From contig BTVY01000020.1 in NCBI GenBank assembly GCA_045863335.1, positions 27,712-91,711 on the forward strand: DNA of 64,000 bases. Direction: 5' to 3'. Below, one piece after another: positions 59,749 to 64,000 of this stretch. Below the pieces are notes generated by a model. The model was not told the origin of the DNA. It was given only the letters and a program-made list of their open reading frames with translations, and made no database searches. This DNA is from Candidatus Hydrogenedentota bacterium (GTDB taxonomy: Bacteria; Hydrogenedentota; Hydrogenedentia; Hydrogenedentales; SLHB01). Numbering within the stretch: the stretch's first letter is position 1; each line of letters starts with the position of its first letter. The position numbers and the translations under genes are program-made.

Positions 59749-62700
59749 GTGTCAAGGGAAACCCGTATCACAACGTTCCCGGCGTCATTGGTATGTGCCG
59801 CGGTGATTGTCTCGGCCGTGCTTGGCGGTCCCGTCGCGTGGGCCAGCGGTTGGGAGGTCGTCTACGGCGGGACCGACTGGTCGCCGCGCCATTGGCACCA
59901 GACCACCTACTTCAACGGATCCTACTACCTGACGGGCGGCTCTAACGGTTTTTCGACCATCGGCGGATTGTGGCAGTCGAACGACGGAAACTACTGGACC
60001 CCGCTCATCGGCGATAACGAGGCAGACGAGGGCGAATTGGACGTCATAGAAGGGCATGCCGCGGTGGCCTTCGACGGAAAGCTCTGGATGCTCGGCGGCG
60101 AGAGCCCGCTCTTTAACGACTCCATAAAATACTCGAACCAGCCCGACCCAATCACTGCATTTGTCCCTTGGGGCGCGCCCTGGGGGAATCGCAAGTTCGG
60201 CCAAGCCGTCGCCTTCGCCGGAAAACTCTGGTTCATAGGCGGGACTAACGGCGTCAGCTTCTTCAACGATGTTTGGTCCTCGTCCGACGGCCTGAACTGG
60301 ACCGAGGAGACCGCCTCCGCCGCATGGGCCGCGCGGGCGGGCCACTCCGTCGTCACCGACGGCAGCACCATGTACCTTTTCGGAGGATCTGACTTCGGAT
60401 CCAGCTACAACGACGTGTGGGCGAGCAACGACGGCATTTCCTGGGTGCTGGTCACACCGGCGGCGCCATGGAGCGCCCGCTCCTTTGCCGGCGCCGCGTA
60501 CCTGAACGGCTCCATCTACATTGCGGGCGGCAGTTTGGACTCCATTACGCCCTACAACGACGTGTGGTCCAGCACCGACGGCGCCACGTGGACGCAGGAG
60601 ACGGCAAACGCGCCGTGGCCGGCACGGTTCGGCGTTGGCATGGCCACCAATGGGACCGAACTGCTCCTGACCGGAGGCGCCAATGATACCCAGAGTTACA
60701 ACGATACCTGGGCCAGCACGGACGGGGCCACGTGGACGCAACGGGGCACAAGCCTCAGCGCCGCGCCCTGGGATGACGGCGTCCCGACGAACCCGGCGGT
60801 CGTGAGCCGTTCCGTCCGGTTCGGCGCCGACCTGTTCCTCTTCTTCCGCGACGAAATCTGGTCCACGCCGGACGGCACCAACTGGACATTAGAAGGAACG
60901 AACCCCTGGGGAGAGACTACCGGGCAAATTATCGAATTCAACGGCAAGCTCTGGCACCTCACCGCGACGTCCTCCTGGTCAAGCATGGACGGCGTCAACT
61001 GGACCGCCGGTGCAGCCCCTCCCTGGCCGCAGACCGAGGCGTTCAGCGCGGCCGTCTTCCAGGGCAAGCTATGGGTTTTCGGCGGCTACCTTCCCGGAGG
61101 TGGTCCGGTAACCACGTATAGCAACGAACTGTGGAGCACGAGCGACGGCGTCACATGGACGCTCATGCCCGCGGTGCCCGCCGGGTTGGGCGGGCGCGCC
61201 AATCCAGGCTTCGTTTCCTACGGGGGACGGCTCTGGATCATCGGTGGGGACCTTCAATATGGGCCGGCCATCGATACGTGGTTCAGCCCGGACGGAACCA
61301 CTTGGACCAAGGCCGCACAAGACGCGGGCGGGTTGAACATGAGGGCGCCGGTGGAAGTCCACGACGGCCGCATGTGGACCATGCGCGGGTTATCACTCGC
61401 CGCGTCGACCGACGGCCGGGTATGGAACGTCGTAACGCCACCCGCGACGGCGCCGGTAACGTACACGCAGGAGCGCTATACGCTCTCCTGGTTCAACGAC
61501 AAGCTCTGGCTGCTCGGCGGATTCGATTACTGGGATGGCACGCCGGCCGACGAGGTCCTCGCCATGGACACCTCGACGCTGGTCGTCGCCAACACGGACA
61601 TGAAGGTGGAAAACCTCGTCACCTACAGCGGGGCGAACCTCGGCCCCGTGACCGCGCCCGGCGGTTCCCGGCCTGTCACGCCGCGCCACTTGATGACGCT
61701 GGACGACACCCAGACCCCGGCGCAGATAACCTACACGGTCGTCACCGCGCCCACCACGGGTTCCCTGCGCCTCAACGGAACCCCGCTGGCCGCCAGCGGC
61801 ACCTTCACCCAGGAGGACGTCAACCTCGGGAAGGTGGACTACATCGACGACGGCATCGAATCCAACCAGGTTCCGGAAATCGACAGCTTCCAGTACACCG
61901 TCACCGACGGCATCGACGCCCCCGTGGGGCCGCTGACCTTTACCATCGAAAAGATCGACGACGTCATCGTCGTGACCGGCGAATTCACCGACCCGAACTT
62001 CGAGGCGGTGATCCGCGCGGCCCTCGGCAAACCCTCCGGCGACCTGCTGAACACGGACTTCCTCGGGCTTACGACCTTAAGTGGCGTGTCCCTTTTGACC
62101 CACATTGACGGGCTCTGGTGGGCGACCGACCTGCAGACACTGCCGGAATTCTACGGCAATGCCATCCGCGACCTCAGCGTCTTGGAAGGCCTCACAAACC
62201 TGCGGACTCTGGAAATTTCTGAGAGTGGGCTGCGCGACATTGGCTGGGTGGCGGCCCTCACAAACCTGCAGACGCTGGAGTTGTGGGACAACCAAATCAG
62301 CGATATCAGCGCTTTGGCAGCGCTCACCAACCTGCAGACGCTGGAAATTTGGAGCAATGGGATTAGCGACATCAGCCCGGTCTCGGACTTGACCAACCTC
62401 CAGAAGCTGTGGCTTTGGAACAATCCGATTAACGACATCAGCGTACTGGCAGGATTGACGAACCTGCAATCGCTGGACTTGGGCGGGAACACCATCAGCG
62501 ATATCAGCGTAGTCGCGGGACTCACCAACCTGCAGGAGTTATATCTCATTGATATGCCTGTCAGCGACATCAGCCCGCTTGCGGGGCTCACCAACCTGCA
62601 GGAACTGTGGATGTGGAGATTCCCGATTAACGACTTGAGCCCGATCGCGGGGCTCACGAATCTGCAGAAGCTGAATCTCCGTGAAAACAACATCAGCGAT

Positions 62701-63891
62701 ATCAGTGCCGTGGCCGGGCTTGTCAACCTGCAAGCATTATGGCTGCGTCAGAACAATATCAGCGACATCAGTGCGTTGGCCGGGCTTACGAACCTGGCAC
62801 AACTGAGTTTGGAATCCAACAACATCAGCGACATCAGTCCACTCGCCGGGCTTACGAACCTGCAAACGCTGGATATGGATGGGAACAACGTCAGCGACAT
62901 CTCGCCACTGGCAGGGTTGGCGAACCTCAAGGGATTGAGTCTGTGGTCCAATGACATCAGCGATATCACGGCCCTGGTGAATAACGCAGGAATTGGCGCA
63001 GGCGACTGGGTTTCCCTCTATTCCAATCCGCTAAGTTCGCAGGCCCTGTGCGTGGACGTGCCCACGCTCGTGGGACGCGGCGTACAGGTGTATACGGGTT
63101 CGAGCTGCAATGACCAAGACCTCGACGGGTTGACGAATGCCCAGGAATCCACCTTGGGCACGAATCCCAACAACCCGGACTCGGACGGCGACGGAATCTC
63201 CGACGGCGACGAGGTGAACGGTACGAACGGCTATGTCACCAACCCGCTGCTCGATGACAGCGACGGGGACGGCGTGTCCGACGGCATCGAGGTTACCACC
63301 GGCACCGACCCCACGCTGCAGGACCAGCCCGCGGGCGTCGGCTTCAGCGCGGAATCCTACGCGAACAGCGAGGCCGCCTTTCCTGGACCCAGCGGCACGG
63401 TCGTCGACACGATCACCGTCGGCGCAAAAGCGGGCCAGGTCATCCTGGACGTGAACCTCACGATGAACGTCACGCCCAACGACGGCACGTTGTCGGTCCA
63501 ACTGGTGTCCCCAACCGGAACCGTGGTCGACGTCATCACCGACGTGGGCCAGGACGGCGTCCCCTTCATCAACACCAAGCTCGACGACGAAGCGCTCACG
63601 CCCATCGCCGCCGGCACGCCGCCCTACGCTGGCACGTTCCAACCGCAAAACGCGCTGAGCGCCTTCGACGGCGAAACGGATAGCGGCACCTGGACGCTCA
63701 TCGTCACCGACGACCTCGGCAGCACCAACTGGTCCGTCGACTCGTGGAGCCTGGAATTCGTGCACGAAGCGCCCGCAACCAACGGCGTACCCGCGGCGGG
63801 CCTCCTCGGCCTGGGCGTTCTGGCTGCCGCCCTGGCCGTGGCCGGCGCATTGACGCGCCGCCGCAAAGCCTGGCACCCGCGTCCTGAGTGA
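59749..63891 (+). CDS. Mosaic surface protein: Kelch/Asp-box-like propellers, cadherin-like domain, internalin-type LRRs, Ca-binding DxDxDG repeats, P-domain, C-terminal membrane anchor
   Basis: GGAGGAG RBS before GTG 59749; NDVWSSxDGxxW repeats; FTQEDV...DSFQYTVTDG; 12 x 22-aa ISDISPLAGLTNL; DSDGDG; LSAFDGETDSGTWTL; VPAAG-TM-RRRK. Confidence 0.88.
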   Translation: MSRETRITTFPASLVCAAVIVSAVLGGPVAWASGWEVVYGGTDWSPRHWHQTTYFNGSYYLTGGSNGFSTIGGLWQSNDGNYWTPLIGDNEADEGELDVIEGHAAVAFDGKLWMLGGESPLFNDSIKYSNQPDPITAFVPWGAPWGNRKFGQAVAFAGKLWFIGGTNGVSFFNDVWSSSDGLNWTEETASAAWAARAGHSVVTDGSTMYLFGGSDFGSSYNDVWASNDGISWVLVTPAAPWSARSFAGAAYLNGSIYIAGGSLDSITPYNDVWSSTDGATWTQETANAPWPARFGVGMATNGTELLLTGGANDTQSYNDTWASTDGATWTQRGTSLSAAPWDDGVPTNPAVVSRSVRFGADLFLFFRDEIWSTPDGTNWTLEGTNPWGETTGQIIEFNGKLWHLTATSSWSSMDGVNWTAGAAPPWPQTEAFSAAVFQGKLWVFGGYLPGGGPVTTYSNELWSTSDGVTWTLMPAVPAGLGGRANPGFVSYGGRLWIIGGDLQYGPAIDTWFSPDGTTWTKAAQDAGGLNMRAPVEVHDGRMWTMRGLSLAASTDGRVWNVVTPPATAPVTYTQERYTLSWFNDKLWLLGGFDYWDGTPADEVLAMDTSTLVVANTDMKVENLVTYSGANLGPVTAPGGSRPVTPRHLMTLDDTQTPAQITYTVVTAPTTGSLRLNGTPLAASGTFTQEDVNLGKVDYIDDGIESNQVPEIDSFQYTVTDGIDAPVGPLTFTIEKIDDVIVVTGEFTDPNFEAVIRAALGKPSGDLLNTDFLGLTTLSGVSLLTHIDGLWWATDLQTLPEFYGNAIRDLSVLEGLTNLRTLEISESGLRDIGWVAALTNLQTLELWDNQISDISALAALTNLQTLEIWSNGISDISPVSDLTNLQKLWLWNNPINDISVLAGLTNLQSLDLGGNTISDISVVAGLTNLQELYLIDMPVSDISPLAGLTNLQELWMWRFPINDLSPIAGLTNLQKLNLRENNISDISAVAGLVNLQALWLRQNNISDISALAGLTNLAQLSLESNNISDISPLAGLTNLQTLDMDGNNVSDISPLAGLANLKGLSLWSNDISDITALVNNAGIGAGDWVSLYSNPLSSQALCVDVPTLVGRGVQVYTGSSCNDQDLDGLTNAQESTLGTNPNNPDSDGDGISDGDEVNGTNGYVTNPLLDDSDGDGVSDGIEVTTGTDPTLQDQPAGVGFSAESYANSEAAFPGPSGTVVDTITVGAKAGQVILDVNLTMNVTPNDGTLSVQLVSPTGTVVDVITDVGQDGVPFINTKLDDEALTPIAAGTPPYAGTFQPQNALSAFDGETDSGTWTLIVTDDLGSTNWSVDSWSLEFVHEAPATNGVPAAGLLGLGVLAAALAVAGALTRRRKAWHPRPE
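62164..62980 (+). repeat. 66-bp-period coding repeat (LRR array)
   Basis: Recurring ATCAGCGAYATCAGC...CTCACSAACCTGCA units. Confidence 0.9.
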
Positions 63892-64000
63892 AGAAGGAGA
63901 GGGAAGCCGCGCGCCGGGGATCCTCCCCGCGCGCGGGCCGTGGGGGGTGATCAGACCCGACCCTGACGTGGGCGCGGGAGGCTGGCCTGCGTAGGGGGCC

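Noticed and set aside
62164-62980. Diversity-generating retroelement target
   Set aside because: No reverse transcriptase or template repeat in the window; repeats are in-frame LRR codons
63906-63938. Intrinsic terminator after the surface-protein gene
   Set aside because: GC-rich hairpin present but no U tract

Overview
This is a GC-rich bacterial chromosome segment. The phylum is inferred, not proven: the PVC-type heme protein, the C-terminal sorting motif and a porin-like motif suggest Candidatus Hydrogenedentota or a PVC-like lineage. It holds about 33 CDSs, mostly secreted carbohydrate-active or uncharacterised enzymes (GlgX end, clan GH-A, GH2, GH99 fusion, DUF4838, DUF4450, two heparinase II/III-like proteins, esterases, DUF1080, a Tat-exported TIM-barrel isomerase, ceramidase-like pair), plus two divergent tRNA-Val genes. 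No integrase, transposase, CRISPR array or rRNA was seen. The most interesting items are: (1) a DegT aminotransferase-Gfo/Idh/MocA-L-fucose/arabinose isomerase-RhaT gene string that reads as an amino-deoxy-sugar catabolic route, with a divergent coupled pair of Cys/His-rich paralogues; (2) a ~2,100-aa secreted macroglobulin-like protein whose low-complexity middle carries two segments resembling outer-membrane porin N-terminal strands; (3) a coupled Ser/Thr kinase-ELWxxDGT pair followed by a mosaic surface protein with a hypervariable LRR array; (4) many unrelated REP/MITE-like palindromic elements in the intergenic spacers. All family calls come from motif recognition, without database searches.
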